Source of the DNA: Chloroflexota bacterium
Lineage (GTDB): Bacteria; Chloroflexota; Dehalococcoidia; Tepidiformales; Tepidiformaceae
DNA length: 64,000 bases
Reading direction: 5' to 3'
NCBI GenBank assembly: GCA_026702615.1
Contig: JAPPBY010000013.1
Span: forward strand, 27,521 to 91,520
This document shows, piece by piece, positions 53,233 to 62,597 of this stretch. Below the pieces are notes generated by a model. It did not search any database. It saw only the letters and a list, made by a program, of their open reading frames with translations, and was not told where the DNA came from. Within the stretch, counting starts at the first letter, position 1. The number at the start of each line of letters is the position of its first letter. The translations under genes were made by a program, and so were the position numbers.

Positions 53233-54033
53233 ATGAGCGTGATGGATGACTTCCGGATGGAGGGCCAGGTTGGCGTGATCACCGGCGGCGGCCGCGGCAT
53301 TGGCGAGGGCATCGCCTTCGCCATGGCCGATGCCGGCGCCGATGTTGTCGTCGCCGCCCGCCGCGAGAACGACCTTGCCCGTGTCGTCGAGGGCGTCGAG
53401 GCGCGGGGGGGACGTGGCCTCGCCGTTCCCACCGACGTGCTCGACCGGGCCGCCATCGATCGCCTCGTTGCCGCCACCGTCGAGGCCTTCGGCAAGATCA
53501 CCGTGTGGGTGAACAACGCTGGCGGCAGCCAGGACAGCGCCGTACGCGACCTCGCGGAGACCCCCGACGAGTACTGGGACGAGATGATCGAGTTCAACCT
53601 CACCTCCGCCTTCCTCGGCATCCGTGCCGTCCTCCCCCACATGCCCGACGGGTCGAGCATCGTCAACATCGTTTCCGGAGCTGCCCTCAACGCCGCCCCC
53701 CACACGGGCGTGTACGGCGCCGCCAAGGCCGGCGTCGTGAACATGACCATGACCCTCTCCCGCGAGCTCGCCGAGCGCCGCATCCGCGTCAACGGCATCG
53801 CGCCGGGCCCCATCTTCACCGAGCAGTTCGCCGCCATGTTCCCCATGACCGAGGAGGAACAGGAGGCCTACGGCAACCGGCTCCCGACCGGCCGTATGGG
53901 CAGGCCCAGCGACATCGGTGCGGGTGTCGTCTACCTCGCCTCCGAGGCCGGGTCCTGGATCACCGGCCAGACCATCGCCATCAACGGCGGGCACGTGCCC
54001 GGCTCCATCGCCGTCGTCCACCGCGGCGAATAG
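53233..54033 (+). CDS. SDR-family oxidoreductase
   Basis: GQVGVITGGGRGIG motif, YGAAKAG catalytic motif. Confidence 0.85.
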   Translation: MSVMDDFRMEGQVGVITGGGRGIGEGIAFAMADAGADVVVAARRENDLARVVEGVEARGGRGLAVPTDVLDRAAIDRLVAATVEAFGKITVWVNNAGGSQDSAVRDLAETPDEYWDEMIEFNLTSAFLGIRAVLPHMPDGSSIVNIVSGAALNAAPHTGVYGAAKAGVVNMTMTLSRELAERRIRVNGIAPGPIFTEQFAAMFPMTEEEQEAYGNRLPTGRMGRPSDIGAGVVYLASEAGSWITGQTIAINGGHVPGSIAVVHRGE

Positions 54034-54064
54034 CCGCCCCAACACCTACTCAGGAGGAGAACCA

Positions 54065-54526
54065 ATGAGTATCACCAAGCAGGAACTCGTCGAAGGCATC
54101 CGCTTCGCCGGACGCCGCGCCGCCGCCGCTCTCGAGCACGTCCCCGACTTTGACCGCCAGCTCGCCCAGGAGTGGACCACCGCCGACGCCTTCCGGCACA
54201 TCGCCGCTGGCGCGGGCTCCCTCGAGGGCTTCTACGGCGGCCTCAGCACGGGCGCATTCGAGTCGTTCAGCAACGACGATGCCGCTGCCGGCAACGCCCG
54301 CACGATCGAGCGCATGGCCGAGGTCTCCCGCGAGGAGCTCGGGACCATGATTCTCGAAGGCTCCGAGACCTCGGCCGCCTTCGCCGAGACGCTCGACGAG
54401 GACGACCTCGCCACGGTGGTCACCCTCGGCGACTACCGCATGCCCAAGGCCGAGCTCGTCGCCCAGATCTGGATCCACCACCCCATCCACCACGCCTACG
54501 AGGCGAGCCAGCGCTGGCCCCTGTAG
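54065..54526 (+). CDS. DinB-like / mycothiol-dependent-enzyme N-terminal-domain-like protein
   Basis: 153 aa, helical, His residues at FRHIAAG and IHHPIHHAYE. AGGAGGA Shine-Dalgarno sequence. Confidence 0.5.
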   Translation: MSITKQELVEGIRFAGRRAAAALEHVPDFDRQLAQEWTTADAFRHIAAGAGSLEGFYGGLSTGAFESFSNDDAAAGNARTIERMAEVSREELGTMILEGSETSAAFAETLDEDDLATVVTLGDYRMPKAELVAQIWIHHPIHHAYEASQRWPL

Positions 54527-54536
54527 TCGCGACTCG

Positions 54537-55718
54537 CTACGGGGCGAGCACCCGGTCCAGGTCGATCGTTTCCAGGCGCGCCCGCAATCGCCTGACCCAC
54601 GCGCGCGCCATATCCGCGCCCCGGTTCTCGCCCACGCCGATATCCAGGATCGTGAGCAGGCCCAGCGTCTGAACGGTGGCGAGCAGCCCCAGGCGGTAGT
54701 GGCGCTCGAACGCCTCGAACGGGTAGCCGCTCACGCCGTGTTCTTCCAGCGCCGCGTGGTACGTGCGGAGAAGCTCGGCCTCATCCGCCGGTGTCAGGTC
54801 ATCGCTCGCACCCGAGAGGAACCAGGCTACGTCGTAGGCGGCCGGTCCGCGCCGGATGGCCTGCCAGTCGAAGAAAACTGGCTCATCGCCTCGGAACACG
54901 AGGTTGTCGAGGCGCAGGTCGCCGTGTACGAGCGTTTCCGGCGCCTCCTGCTGCATCCGCTCGATCGTCTCGACGCCGTTCTCGCCGACCCACCCAAAGA
55001 GGCGCTCGAAGTCGTCGTCGAAAAGTTCCGGGTGCCGCTCTCGGAACGTCCCGCCCATCTCCAGGAACATGCTCTGCCGGACACGGGAGTCTCCCGCGAG
55101 CGGTACGAGCCAGTAGTGACCCTCGAGCGCGGGGCTCTCCCAGAGGGCGGCGTGCATCTCCGCGATGGACCGGAGGACAACTGCGCAGGCTTCCGTATCC
55201 GTTCCCGCGAGCTGATCGCCCGATGTCGCGTCGCCCAGATCCTCCAGAAGGAGCACGTAGCGTCGCTTCCGGCGCCCAGCCGCCCACAAGGCCATGCGCG
55301 TCACCCGCGGCAGGAGCGGCTGCGGCAGGCGGTTGGCCAGACTCATCGTCCCCTTCTGACGATCCGAGACGGCGTGGCGATCGAAGTCGCTGTGGTACAC
55401 GCGGGGCAACGCCACCGGCACCTCGCCCGAGAATTCCTCGTAGAAGCAGCTCTCCCGCTCGTACACGCCTACGAGCTCCCCGAACGCCCGGTTCTCGAGC
55501 CGCGGCATCTTCGAGACCACGCTTGCCGGTCCCTCCCTGCCTTCGTACGAGAGACGCAACCGTGCGATGTCCCCCATGAACCCCTCGCCCTCCCCGAGGA
55601 TTTCGCGTTCCGCGGAGGTGACCGAGCCCTCCGGCGACAGGTGGCCCCCCTCGCGCAGGGTGGTGGTCAACCACTCCGGGGTCAGGTCCTCGATCCGCTC
55701 GGGGATGAAGCGCTCCAT
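54537..55718 (-). CDS. EcKL/CHK-type phosphotransferase (DUF1679-like kinase)
   Basis: LTPEWLTTTLRE, GEGEGFMGDIARL, catalytic LVHGDLRLDNLVF, DWQ. Confidence 0.75.
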   Translation of the reverse strand: MERFIPERIEDLTPEWLTTTLREGGHLSPEGSVTSAEREILGEGEGFMGDIARLRLSYEGREGPASVVSKMPRLENRAFGELVGVYERESCFYEEFSGEVPVALPRVYHSDFDRHAVSDRQKGTMSLANRLPQPLLPRVTRMALWAAGRRKRRYVLLLEDLGDATSGDQLAGTDTEACAVVLRSIAEMHAALWESPALEGHYWLVPLAGDSRVRQSMFLEMGGTFRERHPELFDDDFERLFGWVGENGVETIERMQQEAPETLVHGDLRLDNLVFRGDEPVFFDWQAIRRGPAAYDVAWFLSGASDDLTPADEAELLRTYHAALEEHGVSGYPFEAFERHYRLGLLATVQTLGLLTILDIGVGENRGADMARAWVRRLRARLETIDLDRVLAP

Positions 55719-55727
55719 GCCTTCGGC

Positions 55728-56912
55728 CTACGCCGGCGCCCCGTCCAGCAATCGGTCGAAGTCGATACCCGACACCCGCGCGCCCAGCCGCTCGTGCCAT
55801 GCCTCCATCAGCCGTACGCCCCGGCCCTCGCCCATGTCCATCATGTCCGTGGCCGTGAGCGTCTGCATGGCCGTCAGCAGGCCCAGGTGGTAGTGCCGCA
55901 TCAGCGCCTCGAAGGAATAGTCGTGGATACCCAGCTCCTCGAGCGCGGCCAAGTACCCGTGCAGCAGCTCGGCCTCATCCTCCGTTGTCAGGTCTGGACA
56001 CGCCCCAGAGAGGAAGTAAGCAACGTCGTAGGCCGCCGGTCCCCGCCGCACGAGCTGCCAGTCGAATACGAGCGGCTCGCCGTCCCGGAAGGCGACGTTG
56101 TCCAGCCGCAGGTCGCAGTGCACCAGGGTGACCGGCGCGCCCCGCTGGAGACTCCGGGCAGCGTCTTCGCCGTGTTCCAGCGTCCACGCGAGCGCCCGCG
56201 CGAATCCTTCGTCGATGAGGTGGCTGGATCGCTCCAGGAAGGCTGGCTGCGAAGTCCGAAAGAGCCCGTGCCGGATGCGTGCGTCGATGCTGAGCGGGAT
56301 CAGCCAGAACCGGTTCTCCACCACCGGGCTGTTCCAGTAGGCGGCGTGCATCCGCGCGATCGAGGAGAGCACCGCTGCGCACCGCTCTGGCGAAACCCCC
56401 GTGAGCTGGTCCCCTGGCTCTGCGTCCCCGATGTCCTCCAACAGCAGGATGTAGCGCCGCTTCTTCCGCGCTGCGACCCATATTCCCACCCGTGTCGTGA
56501 GCCCCGACAGCAACCGCGGGGTGCGGTCTGCAATCTTCAGTACCGCCTCTTGCCGTTCCGATGTCGCGTCCCGATCGAAATCGCCGTAGTACATCCGCGG
56601 CGTTGAGAGCGGCAGGTCGGCGGCCATCTCGTCGTAGAAACAGCTCTCGCGCTCGTACGCGCCCAGCAGCTCTCCCATCCCGCGATTGGCCAGCTTCGGC
56701 AGCTTGGCGATCACCGTTGCCGGCCCCTGGCCGCCCTCGTAGGCGAGTGTCAGCCGGGCGATGTCACCCAGGAAGCCCGCGCCCTCCCCGAGTATCTCGC
56801 GCTCGGCCGAGGTCACGGTCGTCGTCGGGGTCAGCTCCCCCGACTCGCGCAGGGCAGCTGTCAGCCACTCAGGGGTGAGGTCGTCCAGGCGTTCCGGGAT
56901 CGAGAGTGCCAA
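55728..56912 (-). CDS. EcKL/CHK-type phosphotransferase (tandem paralog)
   Basis: LTPEWLTAALRE, GEGAGFLGDIARL, LVHCDLRLDNVAF, DWQ. Confidence 0.75.
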   Translation of the reverse strand: MALSIPERLDDLTPEWLTAALRESGELTPTTTVTSAEREILGEGAGFLGDIARLTLAYEGGQGPATVIAKLPKLANRGMGELLGAYERESCFYDEMAADLPLSTPRMYYGDFDRDATSERQEAVLKIADRTPRLLSGLTTRVGIWVAARKKRRYILLLEDIGDAEPGDQLTGVSPERCAAVLSSIARMHAAYWNSPVVENRFWLIPLSIDARIRHGLFRTSQPAFLERSSHLIDEGFARALAWTLEHGEDAARSLQRGAPVTLVHCDLRLDNVAFRDGEPLVFDWQLVRRGPAAYDVAYFLSGACPDLTTEDEAELLHGYLAALEELGIHDYSFEALMRHYHLGLLTAMQTLTATDMMDMGEGRGVRLMEAWHERLGARVSGIDFDRLLDGAPA

Positions 56913-57053
56913 AGTCGTGCCCTCCGGGGCTGCTGACCGGGGAGCTTACCCGCCAACGCCGGTTGGCGTGGCGTTTGGGCGACCGGCCCCGTACGATCCT
57001 GACTCCCGCAACCGCGAATCCCCCCGCTTGTCCCAGCGTTGCCAGGAGCCCGC

Positions 57054-58091
57054 ATGAAGATTCTCGATGGCGTCTACCAGCTTCTTACGCCCTTCCCCCA
57101 ATACAAATACGAGGAGGCGAAGAAGCTCCGGGTCGAGCTTGAGCGCACGCCCCGAGTCATCAAGGGCCTGCCCTACGTCATGCCCTACCTGATCAAGCAC
57201 GGGTCGGACACGATGCTGGTGGACTGCGGCTGGAACACCGACGTCGCCTACGCCGCCCTTGAGGAGGGCATGAGTGAGGTCGGCAGCCACCCCTCCGAGA
57301 TCACGCAACTCGTGATCACCCACGTCCACCCCGACCACTACGGCATGTCCGGCCGCCTCAAGCAGGTCTCCGACTGCGAGGTCATCATGCACGAGCGCGA
57401 GGCCGACTTCATCGCCTCCCGCTACTACGCCCCTCGTGGCCTCACCGACGAGATGCAGAAGTACATGGGCCAGCACGGCGTGCCAGAGATGAAGGCCCCC
57501 GAGATGTCCCGTGGCTCCATGGACATGCTCGACAAGGTCCAGCCCGCCGCCCCCGACTACAAGGTCCACGGCGGGGAGACCCTGAGCGCCGGGGACTTTC
57601 ACTTCGAGGTCATCTGGACGCCCGGCCACGCTCCCGGCCACATCTGCCTCTACGAGCCCAACCGCAAGCTCCTCTTCAGCGGCGACCACATCCTCCCCAC
57701 CATCACGCCCAACGTCTCGATGCACTCCCAGACGTCCGGGGACCCCCTCGGCGACTACATTCGCTCTCTCGACATCGTCGCCAAGCTCGATGTCGACCAC
57801 GTCCTCCCGGCGCACGAGTTCGACATCAAGGAGCTCAAGCGCCGCGTCAACGAGATCCATGACCACCACCGCGAACGCCTCGACGAGATGATGCGCTGCG
57901 TCGACGCGGGCGCCACCGCCTGGGACGTCGCCGGCCGCGTCAAGTGGGCCACCGGCACGCTCAACGACTTCGAGCCGTTCATGCAGCGCGCCGCCGTCGG
58001 CGAGACCCTCTCGCACCTGGAGCATCTCTTCGAGGAGGGACGCCTCTCCAAGGTGAAGCGCGACGGCAAGCTCCACTGGATTCCCGTCTAG
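57054..58091 (+). CDS. MBL-fold metallo-hydrolase
   Basis: ITHVHPDHYG motif, TPGHAPGH, and a C-terminal helical extension. AGGAG Shine-Dalgarno sequence. Confidence 0.85.
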   Translation: MKILDGVYQLLTPFPQYKYEEAKKLRVELERTPRVIKGLPYVMPYLIKHGSDTMLVDCGWNTDVAYAALEEGMSEVGSHPSEITQLVITHVHPDHYGMSGRLKQVSDCEVIMHEREADFIASRYYAPRGLTDEMQKYMGQHGVPEMKAPEMSRGSMDMLDKVQPAAPDYKVHGGETLSAGDFHFEVIWTPGHAPGHICLYEPNRKLLFSGDHILPTITPNVSMHSQTSGDPLGDYIRSLDIVAKLDVDHVLPAHEFDIKELKRRVNEIHDHHRERLDEMMRCVDAGATAWDVAGRVKWATGTLNDFEPFMQRAAVGETLSHLEHLFEEGRLSKVKRDGKLHWIPV

Positions 58092-58139
58092 CGGGCCTTC
58101 CGCCGAGCGCCAGCGCGCGCCGTCTGGTACCGTTGGCCC

Positions 58140-58358
58140 GTGGCAAAACAGGAATCCATCGAAGTCGAAGGGCTCGTTACCCAGGCGCTCCCCAACGCCG
58201 TCTTCCGCGTCGAGCTGGCCAACGGACACGAGGTGCTCGCCCATGTGAGCGGTCGCGTTCGCCGCTACCGCATCAAGGTGCTCCTCGGCGACCGCGTGCT
58301 CGTCGAGCTCTCGCCCTACGACCTTTCCAAGGGCCGCATCACCTACCGCTTCAAGTAG
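58140..58358 (+). CDS. infA: Translation initiation factor IF-1
   Basis: 72 aa: [39 protein letters not shown]...[29 protein letters not shown] start. Confidence 0.95.
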   Translation: MAKQESIEVEGLVTQALPNAVFRVELANGHEVLAHVSGRVRRYRIKVLLGDRVLVELSPYDLSKGRITYRFK

Positions 58359-58379
58359 GCGCTCGCCCCAACCACTCCC

Positions 58380-59492
58380 CTACGCCCGCGGAATCGCGCC
58401 CGTCTCCTGCAGACGCGCGAACCACTTGCGGAACATGTCCTCCGTGTCCATGCACTCCGTGAAACCCGCCTGCCGCACGGCGATCGTGCTGTTCAGGATA
58501 GGCAGTGGCGGTCGGTTCGGCGCACCCAGCACCGTGTCCGCGTAGATGAGCGAGTTGTAGCCGCAGTACTCCACAAGGTCGGCGGGCGAGGTCAACCCGT
58601 GCTGCTCGACGAGTGCCGCCCACTCCGCCTCCCGCTTCGGCATCTCCTCCACCAGCGAGACCTGTCGCGCCTCCCCTGCCTCCATCCCCAGCGTCTCCGC
58701 GATGGCCGACCAGACGTTCTCCCACATGAACACATCGCCGTTCGTCAGGTTGAACGTCCCGCCCCAGGCCTTCGGTTCCTCCGTTGCCCACGAGAGCGCA
58801 TGCGCCACGAGGTCCGCGTCGACCGCCTCCCGCAGCGTCGGCGCTCCCGGCTTGCCCGGAAAGTCGAGCGGCTTCCCTTCTTCCCGCAGCAGCGCCGCGT
58901 AGGCCCCGATCACCGGGATCGGGTTCATGTTGTTTCCCGGCGCATCCCCGTAGATCACCGTCGGACGCCAGGTCGTCAGCTCCCAGCCTCCCTCTGCCTG
59001 TTTCGCCCGCAGGTAGTCCTCCTGCTCGAAGTAGAAGTTCGGGTGCTCCCTGCGCGGCTCCCGCTCCCGCAGTGGCACCTTCACGCCCTTCGCCCCGATG
59101 CTGGGGTGGTGCAGCCCGTACGCCTTCGTGCCGTGCAGCAGCGACACGTGCTCGAGCCCTGAAGCCGCCCGCGAGAGCGGCTCGAACAGGTTCCGCAGCA
59201 TGCGCGCGTTGCGCTCGATCACCTCCGGGTCGACCCATCCCGGCATCAGGCCCGGCACCTCCTGGAGCGCCGCGTACACGAGGTGCGTCACGTTCGACAT
59301 CGCCCCGAAGGCCCGCTCGCACGCCTCCTCGTCCAGCAGGTCGACGGAGAGCAACTCCGCCTCCTCCGGCAGTCCCGCCGGCACCCGTCGCGAGACTCCG
59401 ACCGCCTCCCAGCCCGACAGCGTCGCGAAGTGCCGCACCGCCGCGTACCCCACCAGCCCCGACGCTCCCGCGACCAGCACCCGCTTCGCCAT
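58380..59492 (-). CDS. Extended SDR / NAD-dependent epimerase-like oxidoreductase
   Basis: RVLVAGASGLVGY Rossmann motif. 370 aa. Confidence 0.75.
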   Translation of the reverse strand: MAKRVLVAGASGLVGYAAVRHFATLSGWEAVGVSRRVPAGLPEEAELLSVDLLDEEACERAFGAMSNVTHLVYAALQEVPGLMPGWVDPEVIERNARMLRNLFEPLSRAASGLEHVSLLHGTKAYGLHHPSIGAKGVKVPLREREPRREHPNFYFEQEDYLRAKQAEGGWELTTWRPTVIYGDAPGNNMNPIPVIGAYAALLREEGKPLDFPGKPGAPTLREAVDADLVAHALSWATEEPKAWGGTFNLTNGDVFMWENVWSAIAETLGMEAGEARQVSLVEEMPKREAEWAALVEQHGLTSPADLVEYCGYNSLIYADTVLGAPNRPPLPILNSTIAVRQAGFTECMDTEDMFRKWFARLQETGAIPRA

Positions 59493-59612
59493 GCTGCTAC
59501 CTCCGATGGCGCCTCACGGCGCCGCGGCGCACAGGATACCCAGCCCTCGCGCCCCCGTTGCGAGGCCTTCGCTGTGAGCGCACACTGGCCCCCTAACAGT
59601 TGGAGGCTCCAA

Positions 59613-60440
59613 ATGACCTCTCCCAACGTCCTCCTCGCCACGAAAGGCCACCCGTTCCAGCGCGAACCCTTCTTCTCCATGTTCGACTCGTTCCAGGCCG
59701 ACGGCGGCATCTCCGCCTGGACGCACGTCGAGCAGCCCGCCGCCCAGGCGTTCTTCAACGCCGAGGCCGCCGCGCCCTACGACGTCATCGTCGACTACTC
59801 GATGCCGGGCCGCGGCATCGGGGACGCCGACCCGCCCCAGTCCCTCAAGGACGGCTACCGCTCGCTTCTCGAAGCGGGCAAGGGCATGGTCATGATCCAC
59901 CACAACATCTGCTCCTGGCCCGCCTGGGAGGAGTACGCCGAGATGGTGGGCGGCCGCTTCTTCTACGACCCCGGCGAGCTTCGCGGCCAGCAGTGGCCCG
60001 ACTCCGGCTACCTCCTCGCCGTGAACCACAACGTTTCCGTCGTCGAGCCCGACCACCCGGTCGTCGAGGGTCTCGACCCGTCCTTCGAGCTGCAGGACGA
60101 GCTCTACCTCGCCCCCTACTTCGAGGACAACGTCGTGCCGCTTCTGCGCAGCGACTTCGAGTTCACCTACAGGAACTTCTTCTCGCCTGCCCTCGTCGTG
60201 CACGAGCGGCGCATGTACGAGCGCGGCGAGTGGAGCCACCCGCCCACCAGCAACATGGTCTCGTGGGCCAAGAACCACTACAACAGCCCGATCGTCTACA
60301 TCCAGCCCGGCGACGTGCCCACGTCCTACAACAATCCGAACTACCGCAGGCTGCTCTCGAACGCGATCCAGTGGGTCGCCTCCGAGGAGGCGCACGCCTG
60401 GGCCCGTGAGCGGAACGCCGCCGCCGTGCCCGGGAGCTAG
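59613..60440 (+). CDS. ThuA-domain protein (second copy in the window)
   Basis: VLLATKGHPF..., GKGMVMIHHN, NYRRLLSNAIQW. GGAGG Shine-Dalgarno sequence. Confidence 0.6.
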   Translation: MTSPNVLLATKGHPFQREPFFSMFDSFQADGGISAWTHVEQPAAQAFFNAEAAAPYDVIVDYSMPGRGIGDADPPQSLKDGYRSLLEAGKGMVMIHHNICSWPAWEEYAEMVGGRFFYDPGELRGQQWPDSGYLLAVNHNVSVVEPDHPVVEGLDPSFELQDELYLAPYFEDNVVPLLRSDFEFTYRNFFSPALVVHERRMYERGEWSHPPTSNMVSWAKNHYNSPIVYIQPGDVPTSYNNPNYRRLLSNAIQWVASEEAHAWARERNAAAVPGS

Positions 60441-61438
60441 TACCCCCGCTCGCGCCCGACGACGTTCGCGAGCGGTTCGCCGCGCACGTATCGCTGCAGG
60501 TTCTCCGCGAAGAACTCCGCCGCGCGTTCGAAGTAGCCGTGTATCGAACCTGAGCGGTGGGGTGTCACGACCACGTTGGACATGTCCCAGAAGGGGCTGT
60601 CCTCGGGCAACGGCTCGGGGTCGTGCACGTCGAGCGCCGCTCCCGCGATGCGTCCCTCCCGCAGCGCTGCGAGCAGCGCGTCCGTGTCGATGACCGTCGC
60701 CCGCGCGATGTTCACGATCGACGCCTCGGGCTTCATCAGCGCCAGCTCATCCGCCCCGATCATGCCGTCCGTATCCGGCGTCAACGGAACGCACAAGTTG
60801 ACGTAATCCGACTCGTCCAGCAGCTGCGGCAGGTCGCTCGATGGCAGCAGCACGTCCACGTCCGGGTCGGTGTCGCCCGGTTGGGCGCTGCGGCGCGTCG
60901 CCACGACCCGCATCCCGAAGGCGCGTGCGCGTATTGCCAGCTCTCGCCCGATCGCTCCCAGCCCCACGACCCCGCACGTCTTCCCCTTCAGCTGGCCTGC
61001 GAAGTGGAAGTTCCAGCGATGGTCCAGCTGGTCCCGCATCGCCTCGTGCAGGTCCTTCTCCAGCATCACCATCACGCCCATGCAGTACTCCGCGATGGGC
61101 ACTGCCCCAACCCCGCTCATCGTCGTGATGACAAAGTCCCGCTCGAGAATGCCCTGCTCGATGAGCTCGTCGAGCCCTGCCGTCAGCACCTGGAACCACT
61201 TCAGGTTCGGGGCGGCCTCATGCACCGCGATCGGGTCCAGGTGCGAACCGAACAGCACCTCCGCCTGCGCAAGTAGCTCGGCCTGCTCGGCGGTCGGCGG
61301 CGGGCGGAACGCACCCGGTGAGATGCGTTCCGCGGGGTAGTCCAGGATGCGCACCAGCGGCGATGCGCCCTCGATCGTCGCCCTTGTCTGCTCCGTCAGG
61401 GGGAACGACACCACCACTGGGATCGGCTCCTGCCTCAT
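60437..61438 (-). CDS. D-isomer-specific 2-hydroxyacid dehydrogenase
   Basis: NAD motif GVVGLGAIGRELAIRARAFGMRVV and the catalytic region NVVVTPHRSG. GAGGAGG Shine-Dalgarno sequence. Confidence 0.85.
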   Translation of the reverse strand: MRQEPIPVVVSFPLTEQTRATIEGASPLVRILDYPAERISPGAFRPPPTAEQAELLAQAEVLFGSHLDPIAVHEAAPNLKWFQVLTAGLDELIEQGILERDFVITTMSGVGAVPIAEYCMGVMVMLEKDLHEAMRDQLDHRWNFHFAGQLKGKTCGVVGLGAIGRELAIRARAFGMRVVATRRSAQPGDTDPDVDVLLPSSDLPQLLDESDYVNLCVPLTPDTDGMIGADELALMKPEASIVNIARATVIDTDALLAALREGRIAGAALDVHDPEPLPEDSPFWDMSNVVVTPHRSGSIHGYFERAAEFFAENLQRYVRGEPLANVVGRERGY

Positions 61439-61517
61439 GCGCCCTCCTCGCTCGGCGGCAAGTCTACCCAGCCGCTCCCGCTCGCGTTCCAGCCCCCCGT
61501 CCCCGACAATCACGCGG

Positions 61518-62597
61518 ATGCCCGAATCCCGCGACCGTTTCGAGGCCGCCGCCCTGCGCGTTCACACCGCCTCCACCCTCGAGTACTTCGGCATGCCCGC
61601 GGCCGATGCCGCCATCGCCGCCGAGGTGCTCGTCGACGCCGACCTGAAGGGCATCGAATCCCACGGCATCGCCCACCTCACCTGGCACGGGGGCTACGTG
61701 CCCGGCCTGCGCGACGGCCGCGTGAATCCCACGCCCACGGTCCGCATCCTGCGCGAGACCCCCGCCACCCTCGCCCTCGACGGCGACGGCGGCATGGGCG
61801 TCGTCGTTGCCGTCGACGCCATGGACCGCTGCATCGCCCGCGCCGAAGAAACCGGCATCGGCATGGTCACCATCCGCAACGGCCGCCACTTCGGGGCCGC
61901 CGGCTACTACGCCGAGCGCGCCGCCGCCCGGGGCCTGATTGGCATGGCGAGCTGCAACACGCCCGTGCTCGCGGTTCCCGCCGGGGGCGCCGAGCGCGCG
62001 TTCGGCACGAATCCGCTCGCCTTCGCCGCCCCCATCGAGGGCCGCGAGCCCTTCTCCCTCGACATGGCCACGACCGCCGTCGCCGGCGGCAAGCTCGAGA
62101 TCGCCGGCCGCCAGGGCAAGCGCCTCCCGGCCGGCTGGGCCGTCGATGGCGAGGGGCGCAGCAGCGACGATCCTTCGGCCCTTGGCCAGGGCGGGGCGCT
62201 CCTTCCCCTCGGTTCCTCCCTCGAGACCAGCTCCTACAAGGGCTACGGCCTCGGCCTCGTCTCCGACATCCTCTCGGGCGTCCTCTCCGGCGCGGGCTTC
62301 GGGATGATCATGCCGCGGCCTCACATGGGGCAGTGGTTCGCCGCCTGGCGCATCGACGCCTTCCGCGACCCCGCCGAGTTCAAGGCCGAGATGGCCGAGC
62401 TTGCCGACCGCATACACGCCATCGCCCCCGCCCCCGGTGTCGACCGCGTGCGTATCCCCGGCGACAAAGAGGCGGAAGCCCGCGCCGACCGTGAAGCCCA
62501 CGGCATCCCCCTCGACAGCGCCGTCGTCGACCAGCTCCGGGAGCTCGCGGCCGAGACCGGCGTCTCCTTCCCGGACCCCGTTGGGAGCCCCGCATGA
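61518..62597 (+). CDS. Ldh_2-family (malate/L-lactate/ureidoglycolate-type) dehydrogenase
   Basis: GIESHGIAHL, IRNGRHFGAAGYY, TNPLAFAAP, KGYGLGL. Confidence 0.8.
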   Translation: MPESRDRFEAAALRVHTASTLEYFGMPAADAAIAAEVLVDADLKGIESHGIAHLTWHGGYVPGLRDGRVNPTPTVRILRETPATLALDGDGGMGVVVAVDAMDRCIARAEETGIGMVTIRNGRHFGAAGYYAERAAARGLIGMASCNTPVLAVPAGGAERAFGTNPLAFAAPIEGREPFSLDMATTAVAGGKLEIAGRQGKRLPAGWAVDGEGRSSDDPSALGQGGALLPLGSSLETSSYKGYGLGLVSDILSGVLSGAGFGMIMPRPHMGQWFAAWRIDAFRDPAEFKAEMAELADRIHAIAPAPGVDRVRIPGDKEAEARADREAHGIPLDSAVVDQLRELAAETGVSFPDPVGSPA

